A stretch of 64,000 bases of DNA. Source: Octopus vulgaris (lineage: Eukaryota). The position numbers and the translations under genes are program-made. Location: positions 4,278,001 to 4,342,000 of the forward strand of contig OX597842.1 in the NCBI GenBank assembly GCA_951406725.2, given 5' to 3'. Below are positions 51,585-64,000 of this stretch, in pieces. Every line of letters begins with the position of its first letter. The first letter of the stretch is position 1. Below the pieces are notes generated by a model, which was not told where the DNA came from, made no database searches, and saw only the letters and a list, made by a program, of their open reading frames with translations.

Positions 51585-53305
51585 TCCTTTTGGTCATTTT
51601 ACTACAACCATACTGGAGCACCACCAAGAAGAGATTAGTGGAGCAAACCTCCCCAACACTGTCTTTTACTCTGGTACTTATTTTATCGGTCTTTTTTGCT
51701 GAACCGTTAATTTACTGGGACGTAAATAATCTAGCACCGGTTGTCAAGTATAGGATGGACAAACAAAAAAGTTTGTCCATACAAGTTTCCTCACAGCTAC
51801 CGGTCTGCCAAATTTATTCACAATGCATTGATCGGCCCTAGCCTATGATAGAAGACACTTGCCCATGGTGACGTGCAATGAGACCGAACCTGAAACCACG
51901 TGATTGTAAAGCGAGCTTTTTAACCACACATATCGCCTGTGTCATATACACACGCGTTCACGCGCTAAAATTGAACAGTGAGAATAAGTGCTTAATACTG
52001 CATTGGTGCTTCTTGGAGACGAGTACCAACATGTGGCAGGCTTGACTACTGCTGGAAATTTTCGGCATGAAACCTGGTTAATCCACAAATAAAGAACTAC
52101 ACATCACGCACGCACGCGCCGTACTTCTACACAAGTTTCCGCCTACCAAATTCACTCACAAGGCATTGGTCGGTGGTCAACCCGAGGTTATAGTAGAAGA
52201 CACTTAACCTAAGTGCCGCGCAGTGGGACCGAATCGGAATGAACGGAGTTTCAAACCGATCTTCTCGTTCAGTTTTGCACACCGCTATAAAAATTGCAGG
52301 TTGCCGTTTTGTTTGTGTAGATGGCTTCTGAAGCCCTTGTCTTCTGATGCCTTCCACGTTATTCTCTTCTTCAGTACGTCTATCTCTCAACCACCCTTTT
52401 TACTATACAACCCCGGGTAACATTCAACTCTACTTCTATTCAGTCTCCTGACTAGTTTCATTCTCTGTATTTTCTCACTTTTAATATATATATATATAGC
52501 GGGTGGATTAAGGCGATGGGGTGACAGAATCGTTAGCACACTGGGAAAAAATGCTTAGCAGCATTTTTATTTGTCTTTATGTTCTGAGTTCAAATTCCGC
52601 CGAGGTTGACTTTGCTTTCATCCTTTCGGGGCCAATAAAATAAGTGTAATCGACTTACCGCCCTCCCCTCCTCAAAATTACTGGCCTTGTACCAAAATAT
52701 AAAATCGATATTTTAAAATCTCGTCTTTGATAAACTATTGCATATTTTGTTCTTAGCTTCTCGGGTTTAGTCCCATTTCGCGGTACCTCAGATCGACCAA
52801 TCTCTTGTAAGTTTGCTAGACGAAAACTGTTGGGAACCCTGTCGTGTGTGTGTGTGCGTGTGTTCGCGCGTTTGAATGTGTGTGTGTTGTGTTTGTCCCT
52901 CACCGCCACTTGACAACCGTCAGCGGTTTGGCAAAAGCTACCGATAAAATAAGTACCAGATTTAATATGTGTGTACCGGGATTGATTTGTTCGACTACAA
53001 CCCTTCAAAGCAGTGCTTCAGCATAGCCGCAGTCCAGTTAGGGACTGAAACATGTACCAGATTTAATATTTATGTACTGTGGACGATTTGTTCAACTGCG
53101 ACCCTTCAAGACGTTGCTCCAATGAGGGAAATAAGTACCTGACTTTATGTTGTGTTCGACTGCGACCCTGCAAAGCAGTGTTTCAGCATGGCTGCAGTCC
53201 AGTTAGGGAGATAAGTACCAGACTTAATGATTATTATGTAGATATTTAGGTCTTCAAAGCGGTACTCTAGCATGGCCGCAATCCAGTGATTGAAACAATT
53301 AACAG
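51585..53305. mobile_element. Cluster of old SINE A/B copies, with tandem reiterated family-A 3' fragments at ~52940-53300
   Basis: Diverged matches on both strands; AGTACCAG..GATTTGTTCGACT..CTTCAAAGC..CAGCATGGC.GCA recurs about 4 times. Confidence 0.75.
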
Positions 53306-54167
53306 ACAAAAGATTCTTTTTTCCAGTACACATTTCTACACCAACTTACAATAAAACTACCCCGTCTTTTCGTTTACTGATTGTCTCCTTCAAATCTGTC
53401 GCCTTCTTCTCCTCTCTCCTCAGGTCTTCTGTCCTCTCACGTCTTCTCTCATCTTCTGCACTCTTACGTCTTCCTATTTGACGCTGTCAATGTAACCATC
53501 TCTAATGTCAAAAATAACTTGACACTCTTTACTCAACTTGTTTGTCTTCCGTCTTCTGATTGGCTGACACTATCTCCTACTTTTCTCTCGACTTTAATTT
53601 CTTCACCGCCATTTTTACCCGTTCATATTGTCACGGACAAACAATCTTTATTTTCCTTCTTAGTATCCATTAAACAAATATAGTTTATTTCAACACCTCC
53701 TACACTTACAACTCAACACCATCAGACAAAATAAACATCGTATTTTGCTTTTCGTCATTCTCTTGTCTTCTGTCAATGAAAATTTTTTTCTTTCTTTTAA
53801 TTTTCTTCTCTCTTCCTTGTCTAACCTTGTTTCCTTTTCAGTTTTGCCTTCTCTTTCTGCCTCCCTTATCCTGTCCCCACCATGCAGAGACCTAACATTC
53901 ATCACTCCACTTCTTCTTTCTCCAGTCTTCTGATTCGATAATATTATCGTCTGCCTTAATATTTCCGCCATTTTTCCGTACATATTGTTTCGGACAAACA
54001 TTCACTTGTTTGTTCTTTATTATTTATTTTTTCTTTACTACTTTTTTTCTTTTTTTCATTAAACAAACAGTTTTTCCTCGCTTCTTACACATTTATTTTC
54101 TAAGCCACCATACAAACTTCATCTTTTATTTCCATCGTTTTCTTTCCTTCTCTTCTCTTCTCTTCTC

Positions 54168-54232
<65 letters not shown>

Positions 54233-54292
54233 ATTCTATCTATCATTCTATCTATCATCTATCTATCTATCTATCTATCTATCTTTATCTAC

Positions 54293-54323
<31 letters not shown>

Positions 54324-54486
54324 CCTACCTACCTATCTATCTATCTATCTATTTATCTATCATTCTATCATCTATCTATCTATCTACTTACCTACCTACC
54401 TATCTATCTCTATCTATCTATCTATCTATCTCTATCTATCTATCTATCTATCTATCATTCTATCTATCTATCTATCTATCTATCTC

Positions 54487-54522
<36 letters not shown>

Positions 54523-54543
54523 CCTACCTACCTACCTACCTAC

Positions 54544-54606
<63 letters not shown>

Positions 54607-54619
54607 CCTACCTACCTAC

Positions 54620-54684
<65 letters not shown>

Positions 54685-54692
54685 CATCCATC
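54168..54692. repeat. (TCTA)n/(CCTA)n tetranucleotide satellite
   Basis: Source of ORF 54010-54888 (YLSI repeats). Confidence 0.95.
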
Positions 54693-55905
54693 TATTTCTG
54701 TCTACCACTCTTTCTTCCTATCTATCTATTTGTCTGTCTGTCTGTTTGTCTGTATTCTTTCGTCTACCAACCGTCCCCCACTCTCTCCCTTTTTAATATC
54801 TCCACCTATTTACTCTACCTTTCTTTCTCTATCTCCTCTCTGTTTCTTTCATAGTCTATCGTTTGTCTTCCTGCTGTTTCTCTTATAGTCTATCAACTGT
54901 CTCTCTCTCTCTCTCTCTCCTATAGTCTATCAATTGTCTTATTCCTCCTCTCTCTCTCTTACAGCCTCTCAATTGTCCTCTCTCTTCTATAGTCTGTCAA
55001 CTATCCTTCTCTAACCCCCTCTCTCTCATCCTCTTCCCTTCCCTTACTCCACCAACTACAATCTTTCGCCATTTTTCTGTTCCGTTCGTATTGTCGTGGA
55101 CATTGGACATGTATTATATTTTGCTTCTTTATATATATACACACACACACACATTTCTTTTTCCTCTTATTAAACAAACACAAGATTTTTCTCGCTTTTC
55201 GCACACATTTCAACACCGATATACACACGTATCACGTCTTCCACATCGCCTTTTTCCTCTCCTCCAATCTTCTCTTCAATCTCCTCACATTTTTCTCCTC
55301 TTACCTCTTCACTTGGTTCTGTCCCACCTCTTTCTTCTTCCCTTCCTTTCCCTCCAGCCTCTGCCACCGCCGCCATCTTCATCACCATCATCGGCAACCA
55401 CAATCTTAATAATACTAATCGTAATAATCGTCACCATTTTCCAATACACATAAAAGGTATTTTTTTCACGATTCTTCATGTTTTCATAACCAATTACACT
55501 GCTGCTGTTGTTGCTGTTGTTATGGTCTTTCCATACCAATTTACATTTCCTTTTGTCGCATGTACGAGCCTCATATATATATATATGTTCGTTTTCATTT
55601 CCGCTCTGCTGCTACCCTTCATATAAAATCTTCGTCACCGTTATCAAACGCAGGCATCACCATCTCCACCACCGCAACCGTCACCATCATCATCATCATC
55701 ATCATCATCATCACCACCACCGTTGTACATTTGTTGTCTTTCTCTGCATCGTTTACTCCCCTTCTCCCCCTCTTTCCCCCTCTCTCTCCGTCTGTCTCCC
55801 TCTTTCCCCCTCTCTCCGTCTGTCTGTCTCTCTCTCTCTCCTATCTCCCTCTTTTTTCGTTCTCCGCTGTCTTTCTCGACATCGGTTAGTCTCCATTTCT
55901 CTCAC

Positions 55906-56067
<162 letters not shown>

Positions 56068-56282
56068 CGTAGTCACATATTTTCCGGAACATACTCACCT
56101 CCATATACTTGTATGGAAATGTATATGTGATGTGGCTGTAGGTGCATGCATGCAAGTATGTGTGTATATGCATACATATGTATACATATGTATACATATG
56201 TATGCAAGTGTATATATGTGTGTATATGTCTGTGGGTATGTATATATATATATGGGTGTGCGTGTATATATCTGTAAACATA

Positions 56283-56318
<36 letters not shown>

Positions 56319-56392
56319 TATATGTATATATATGTATGTATGTATATATATATATATATATATATTCATGAATGTGTGTGTGCGTGTGTATA

Positions 56393-56433
<41 letters not shown>

Positions 56434-56468
56434 TGAATGCGTGTGTGTGTGAATAGGGAACACCTTAG

Positions 56469-56509
<41 letters not shown>

Positions 56510-56993
56510 CATATATATATATACACACACAGAGCAAAAAGCATGTACACACATATGCACACACAAACACATGGGTACACACCGCACTCTTTCCGACACG
56601 CAGATACAGGCTCTGACATTCACTCAATCATTCTCCAAGCACCCCACCACCACGACCGCTACCCTTCCACCCTCCACCCATACCACCCCTCCCACCCACC
56701 CCCACCAACTAATTGCATCAATCAAATCTCAGCAGTGACATCAGACACCGAAACACGCCACGTCACGGTTGTATGACAACATAGGTTCACTTGGCCGTGA
56801 CCGTACACAACCCTCCCCCGCCTTTCCCCCACCCCCACATACTCCTCATCGCTCTTTCACCTCTTACCGCTCCCCAGAGGAACCGCCTTTTTATTTATAT
56901 CTTTCTGTTTCGGTTCAGCTGTAATAGATTTACATGTCGGTCTGTGTGTCTGTCTGCCTCTCTGTCTATCCATTTTTCATCTGTCTACCCAGC

Positions 56994-57089
<96 letters not shown>

Positions 57090-57152
57090 CATATATATAT
57101 AAAAATATACATATATTTATATACATATATACATATATATATACATACATAC

Positions 57153-57187
<35 letters not shown>

Positions 57188-57899
57188 CATACATATATAT
57201 GCACACACACATATATATATATATATATATACATACATACATACATATATATATATATAATCTTCGGTATATATGTGTGTGTGTGTATATAGATAGGCAT
57301 ACTCTCATATACGCATGTCTATATGCAAACACACACATTTGCCCACCCAATCTACATGGCCCGTCCATCAACACATCCATCCGCTCACCCACCTACCCTC
57401 CCACACAGCCAAACCTTAACACCCATCCACTCATCCATCCATATCCTCCCTCCCCTTATCCTCATTCCTACCCACCCACCCACTTTCTACCTATCCACCT
57501 ACCCAATAAATCTCACCAGACATCGATCCCAACACCCATCCACCCATCTCTACCCCCTTACACGTACCCTCACCCCGATCAGCCTACTCCACCCACCCCA
57601 CACAGTTCCTTTCGGAATATATGTCTCAACTGTCGGCCATGTTGTCTTTCTCCGTTTACTGTCTTCGGAAATTTTCGCCCGGCATCTTAACGTATCCAAT
57701 CTACCCCCCCCCCCATCCTCTCGTTCATTCCAACGTCCACCCGGTTATTCATTCGCTAATAATATATGGCTGCAGTAAGCGGCTGGGTGGGTAGGGTATC
57801 TGTGAGGTCACGTGACCTGACCTGATCGACAGAAACAGCAGTCAGATGTCACTGAAGTGGCAATTTACTGTCTCAGACTTGAAAGCAACGAAGGACACA

Positions 57900-58680
57900 A
57901 TTGGATAGTGTACCCTGGGATACCCAGTGTGGGTGGAGGGTGGAATGGTCATAGATAGAACATCTTTGATAGTGGATCTCTAGTCTTTTTGTTTTGTTTT
58001 GTTTTGTTTTGTTTTCCCATTTTCAATACATTTGGGAGTAAACAGAACGGTAGCTATAGTCACTACTTTACATTAGATAATGTAGTCCTAGATACACTAT
58101 GCCTGAATAAAAGATGGGATGGTCACGGCTGGAACATCTTTGATCGTAGGTCGACCGGACTGGGAATGATCTGGCGCTAAACAACCAGAACTACAGCCTA
58201 ACTACAACACAATACATTAGATAATGTAGTCCTAGATACACTAAGCGTAGTCACAGTTTGAACGTCTTTGATCATAAATCTACTGGATCAGGTCTGACCT
58301 GGGGCTAAACAAACAACTATGGCCACTGATACTAACTACTATGCTGTACATCAGATAATGTAGTCCTAGATACATTATGTCTGAAGGGAAGACGGGATAG
58401 TCACAGCTGGAATATCTTTGATCATTGGTTTGTTGGATCAGGACTGGCCTGGGGCTAAACAGCAACTATAGCCACTAATACTAACTACTGCACTGTACAT
58501 TGGATAATGTAGTCCTAGATACACTATGTCTGAATCCAAGATGGGACGGTCAAAGTTGGGATACATTTACCCAGTACTGATCCATTACACCTACTTATGA
58601 TCAGAGACGTTCCAGCTGTGACCAACCCATAATTTATTCAGACATGGTATATCTAGGAATAAACTATTTAATGTATAGAG
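57900..58680 (+). repeat. ~140-bp repeat, cluster 4 (4-5 direct units plus one inverted unit)
   Basis: (T/A/G)GATAATGTAGTCCTAGATACA at ~58074, 58217, 58352 and 58501; inverted unit at ~58570-58680. Confidence 0.88.
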
Positions 58681-58749
58681 TAGATGTTAGTGGTGCGCGC
58701 ACATACACTTTCTCTCTCGCGCGCTCTCTCACACACACATATATATATA

Positions 58750-59131
58750 CTAGCAGCATCGCCCGGCGTTGCTCGGGTTTGTTTCGACCCTTTAGAATTG
58801 GAATTTTTGAAAGGTAAAAGTTTTGCATTATTATGTAGCTTGTTATTCTCTTTAAGTGAACATTTTCTGGTTGAAATACACCGAAAAATGGCGACAATCG
58901 TAAAAAATAGGGATTTTCATAGAAAAAAAAGCACCTTTTTGATGTAAATAATTTTTGGTGTTAACATGGTCTGATTTGAATTTTTTCTTCTACGGAAGGA
59001 AGAGCAAGCCTTCTTCTATCATACTTTCAAATTTGGTCAACTTGCGCCGCAGGGTCTCGGAGGGGATAGTGTTAGTTGAAGGCTACCAAACCTGCCATAC
59101 ACAGACAACTTCATTTTTATATATAGAGAGA
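58750..59131 (-). mobile_element. Non-autonomous Helitron, complete
   Basis: Minus strand begins TC(TCTCTATATATAAAA) at 59131 and ends with hairpin CCCGAGCAACGCCGGG then CTAG at 58753-58750; inserted between A and T; no TSD. Confidence 0.85.
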
Positions 59132-59920
59132 TAATACACACACATACACACCATGTGCGTGTATACCTATAAATATATACATACATACATGTACACAGTT
59201 ACACACAATCACCATCGCATTTATCTATATATGTATGTTTATACACACACACACACACATACACACACCCTCTCTCTCTCTCTCTCTCTCTCTCTCAAAC
59301 CCATAATAGAAAATGTACTCAATGTAACGCTGGCCTTTTTATCCAAAATGACTGAACGTTCTGGTTTTATGTGTATACATTGTTCTGTATATACATATAT
59401 ACACATTGTTGTATACACATTGTTTTGTGTGTATTGTTGTTGTGCCAGTCTAATGCGAATGTTTTGTCTCTTTTGTTCGCCTCTCCATTATTCCCACGTC
59501 CAGCCCCGCCGTTCCCGACACCCCTGGAAGTACCCTTTTTCCACCCCGATACCCACGGCATTATTAGTTATGAATACCTTTGTTATGGATACACGAACGG
59601 ATCGTTGCAATATTCTTTTGTGGTGGTGGTGGGGTTGGTGGAGGGGGGTTGTGTAGAGGTATGGGATCCAACAATGCCTTGGGCTATAAGGTTTGTGCTT
59701 CCGTACTGAAAATACTTTGCACGCTTGTGTGTGTGTGTATGTGTGCTCATGCGGAAGCACATATATACATGTATGTGTATATGTATATGGGTATGTGAAC
59801 TTGTGTTTCTATGTGTGTGTGTGTGTGTGTGTAAATATATACACGTACATAGAAATACGAGCTCATATACACATATCCATACATACACGCACATAACTAT
59901 GTATATATAGATAGATAGAT

Positions 59921-60020
<100 letters not shown>

Positions 60021-60062
60021 GTAGGTAGGTAGGCAAGCAGGCAGGCAGGCAGGCATGTAGGC

Positions 60063-60118
<56 letters not shown>

Positions 60119-60220
60119 GGATGGATGGATGGATGGACGGACGGACGGACGGACGGACGGACGGACGGACGGACGGACAGGTAGGTAGGTAGGCAGGCAG
60201 GCAGACAGACAGACAGACAG

Positions 60221-60254
<34 letters not shown>

Positions 60255-60256
60255 TA

Positions 60257-60640
60257 TGGTGCAGATGTGGTTGTGTGGTAAGTAGCTTGCTTACAAACCA
60301 CATGGTTCCGGATTCAGTCCCACTGTGTGGCACCTTGAGCAAGTGTCATCTACAATAGCCTCTGACTGAGCAATGCTTTGTGAATGGATTTGGCAGATCG
60401 AAACTAAAAGAAGCCTGTCATATGCGTGTGTGATGTGTGTATTTGTGTGTGCTTGTGTGTTTCTCCCTCACCACCGCTTGAGAACTGGTGTTGGTGTGTT
60501 TACGTCCCCGTAAATTAGCGATGAAGGCTTTAAAGACTAATAATTAGTGGGTTCGATTCGACAGACTAAATGTTCTTCAAGGCGATGCCCCAGCATGGTC
60601 GCATTCTAATGACTGAAGCCAGTAAAAGATAAAAGTAAAA
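60257..60640 (+). mobile_element. SINE family A (older)
   Basis: Consensus match with divergence. Confidence 0.85.
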
Positions 60641-60962
60641 ATGGATACACACACTACACCATTCCACTTTCTACCCATTTCTAGACACACAAAATAATCA
60701 GACACACCCATGTACACACCCGCTCCTTCTACCTTATTTGCTTCTCCATAGAACATCGTTTCGTTCTGGTTTAACCCCTTTCCTGCATCCTTTTCTCAAT
60801 CAATAATTTTCTCGATTTTCACACTTCTTAATTTTGTGATTTATTTTCTTTGAATTTTTAACATTTCAGTGTTCCTCACTCACTCTCTTTGTTTTTGTCT
60901 CCCTCTATCTCTCCCTCCCTCTGTCTCTCTTTTTCTCCCACCCCCCTCTGCTTATTCATTTC

Positions 60963-60996
60963 TTTCTGATGATGGACTAATATCCGAAACGTCGAG
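60963..60996 (+). ncRNA. Ultra-minimal hammerhead motif
   Basis: CTGATGA-T-GGA ctaata TCC-GAAACGTC; loop-less ACGT palindromic stem III; weak stem I. Confidence 0.55.
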
Positions 60997-61511
60997 TTAC
61001 TTCACATCTTTTCCCAACTTCTCAAGCGTTAAACAATGTTCGTCATACTTCGTTGTTTCCGTGTTGTTCCGTCTACTGTTTTTAGTCTTTACATTGTGTA
61101 TACACCAACCCAGACACACATATATGTATACACCATCGTTTTAACGTCGCCAACTTTACCTGTTTCCAAACAAGGTAATATTTCCCTGTTTGGGAATGAA
61201 TGACATTCGTTCACAGTGACATGATATCAAACGATAGGGACACAAACACACACATTCACACATGCATACTCACACATACACACACATACACACGACGGGC
61301 TTCTTCAAGCTACCGTCTACTCACAAGGCCTGGCCGGTCAGGGGTTATAGATCGAGACTCTTGCGCTTGGTACAGTGGGACCCAGCCACAGAGTTTACAA
61401 AACGAAATTCTTAATCCCATACTCATGCTTGTGCTTTACCCCCCCACACACACACACATATTCATTTGTTTCGTAAGATTCTTGCATTGAAACGGATGTT
61501 GCTATATTTGA

Positions 61512-61768
61512 GGATGGTCATATTTTTGCCAATGAAACACACGCACTGTATATTTGGTTCTTCATTTTAGTTTTAAGATTATTATTATTTTAGTTTCTTT
61601 ATCAAAGGTCTTTCGTCACACTCTGTGGCATAGGGAGTAGTTAAAGAGGTCACAGAATGAGTGACGAAAGAGCTTTGACAAAAACTAAAATAATAATAAT
61701 TATAATAAAGCTGAAGTGAAGACCAATTATACAGTGCGTGTGTTTAATTGGTAAAATATGACATATCC
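61512..61768. repeat. Inverted repeat, ~118-bp arms, ~19-nt loop
   Basis: 61512-61629 mirrors 61649-61768 (e.g. AAACACACGCACTGTATA / TATACAGTGCGTGTGTTT and CTTTCGTCAC / GTGACGAAAG). Confidence 0.88.
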
Positions 61769-61907
61769 GCAAGTGTAACAATATATAAGTAGACAGACAA
61801 GCAGAGCAACAGACAGAGGGGCAGACAGACAGACGGACGGACGGACGGACGGACGGACGGACGGACGGACGGACGGACGGACGGACGGACGGACGGACGG
61901 ACGGACG

Positions 61908-62021
<114 letters not shown>

Positions 62022-62351
62022 TAGAACACATGTGCATATGTGCAACCCCACCCACCCATTCACACAAACACGTTGATAATTATTTACTTTTTATGAACAT
62101 CTGATGTAATCTAACTTCCTGTAATTTCGATAAATATTTATCATCGTATTGTAGCCATTGGTGGCATCCTTGTGTATATGTGTAATGATACAGATGTGTC
62201 ATGTGACGGCTATAAAACTAGATAAACATTCTAATATATATTGTATAGGTAGACGTAAAGAGAGGCAGATGGATATACAGTTAGATGGAATACAACAAGA
62301 TGCAAAGATAAACAAGCTTGTACTTAAATTGATACACATGTACAGTGTGTG

Positions 62352-62634
62352 AAGGCGGGTGGTTTAGTGTTTAGGAGTATTCGGTTCACGAATTTTAGGT
62401 CTTGAGTTCGATTCGATTCCTTGAGCAAGACACTTTATTTCACGTTGCTCCAGTTCATTCAGCTGGCAAAAATGAGTTGTATCTGTATTTTAAAGGGCCA
62501 GCCTTGTCTCATTCTGTGTCATGATGAATCCCCCTGAGAACTACGTGTCTGTGGAGTGCTCAGCTACTTTGCATGCTAATTTCACGAGCAGGCTGTTCCG
62601 TTGATCGGATCAACTGGAACCCTCGTCGTCGTAA
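62352..62634 (+). mobile_element. SINE family C
   Basis: Match to the family C consensus. Confidence 0.85.
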
Positions 62635-62671
62635 CACAAACACAAATTAACGCCATTATTGTTTTGCTGTA

Positions 62672-63290
62672 AGGCGGCTGAATCGTTAGCACGCCGGGCG
62701 AAATGCATAGCGGCACTTCGTCTGCCATTACGTTCTGAGTTCGAATTCCGCCGAGGTCGACTTTGCCTTTCATCCTTTCGGGATCGATAAAATAAGTACC
62801 AGTTACGCACTGGGGTCAATGTAATCGACTTAATCCGTTTGTCCTCTCTGAGTGTAGCCCCTTGTGGGTAATAAAGAAATAGGCATTTCGTCTGCCGCTA
62901 CGTTCTACGTGCCTATTGTAGAAAGGATTATTATTGCTGTTTTGCGTTCTACATCCAATTCCTGCATGGTTAGCATTGCTTTTTGGTCCTTCTGGGGTCG
63001 ATAAAATAAAGTACCAGCAAAGTACTGGGGATTAACGATAACGATGAACCCCCACCCCCACCCTCACCTTTAGAATTATTGTCTTTGTGCTAAAATTCTT
63101 AAAAGCGGTGAGCTGGCAGAATCGTTTAGCGATATTTCGTCGTTCTTCATGTTCTGAGTTCAAATTTCGCCGAGGTCGACCTTACATTTCATTCTTTCGG
63201 GGTCGATAGAATAGGTACCAGTTGAAGACTGGGATCGATGAAATCGACTTAACACCCCGCTGAATATGCTGGTCTTGTGCCAAAATTTTA
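62672..63290 (+). mobile_element. Three tandem SINE family B copies
   Basis: Copies at ~62672-62883, ~62940-63090 (old) and ~63104-63290. Confidence 0.82.
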
Positions 63291-64000
63291 AATTATTACT
63301 ATCAGCTTTGTCACTTTTCGAAGACTATGTTATGGGATTCCGTTCCTCTGGAAAATATTCCTCGTTACAAGGGTCCAATTTAATTCGCTCCACAGCTTCC
63401 GTTAGCCGACCCATTTTTATTAAGTTTCTTCTTACTGTCAAAATATACCCAATTCTAAGGATGCGTAAAAAGAAAGTAATATATCTATAAGTAAAAAAAA
63501 AAAAAGAAGTAGAATTTTCTTTTTCATGGTGTAGTGGGGTGGGGTAGGTTTGAAATGGTGGGTGGGGTTACTTATAATACTAGCGAAGACAATGCAAGTG
63601 AGAGGTGCGAAGTGTCACGAATCTGGCGCCAAGTACCAAAGTATGTAAAGTGTTAGGGAATGGGAGAGGGTGGGTGAAGCAGTGGGTGGAGTGGGGGACA
63701 CAGGGTGTGTGGAGATTAGTAGGGGGAGTGACTTTTTACATTGGAATCCAGGCGGTAGCTATCGGTATAATGCGTACCCTTATTTCATTCATCTCACCCT
63801 CTTTTCACCCGATCCAACCGAGGTAGGAGAGGAGACGGAGAGAGAGGGGCGGACAAAGCTTTGCACTCTGTACCCTGCCTTCTACCCGCTACAAAACACA
63901 TTGTATACGATGAACTGTGATACTGTAAATCCGTGAAAACGTAAGACCGTTCACGAGGTGGGCGTTGGGGTGGGACTTCAGTACCTATCCCCCAGTCATA

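Larger units (their letters stand above)
49400..55450 (+). repeat. Ancient tandem array of ~360-400-bp diverged modules, interrupted by SINEs and satellites
   Basis: Recurrent ordered motifs ATTAAACAAA..TTCAACACC..(pyrimidine-rich)..TCTTCTGATTGG..TCGTCTGC..CCGCCATTTT..GGACAAACA, whole or partial, at ~49.6, 51.2-51.5, 53.3-53.65, 53.67-54.0, 54.06-55.1 and 55.17 kb. Confidence 0.65.

Overview
AT-rich, microsatellite-saturated eukaryotic non-coding DNA. I infer a coleoid cephalopod (probably Octopus) from three abundant tRNA-derived SINE families. I found no credible host protein-coding exon: almost all ORF-track entries are translated microsatellites or SINE sequence. The only protein-like sequences are decayed retroelements: a CR1-type RT fragment (30.2-31.5 kb), Tx1/L1-type ORF2 C-termini, and Dong/R4-like 3' ends in (TAA)n tracts. 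DNA elements include a complete non-autonomous Helitron and a Merlin-like MITE with TSD. Four signals stand out. (1) About 17 minimal type-I hammerhead-ribozyme (HHR) motifs occur in mostly unrelated short non-coding elements, several inside long fold-back inverted repeats (Penelope-like or retrozyme-like). (2) A consensus recursive-splice (ratchet) site, branch point/polypyrimidine/CAG|GTAAGT, lies at 1800/1801 and suggests the window is within a giant + strand intron. (3) An old tandem array of about six modules at 49.4-55.5 kb retains Forkhead-, CCAAT- and YY1-like motifs. (4) A ~140-bp repeat is dispersed as four tandem clusters. All structures were read by eye, and repeat boundaries are approximate.
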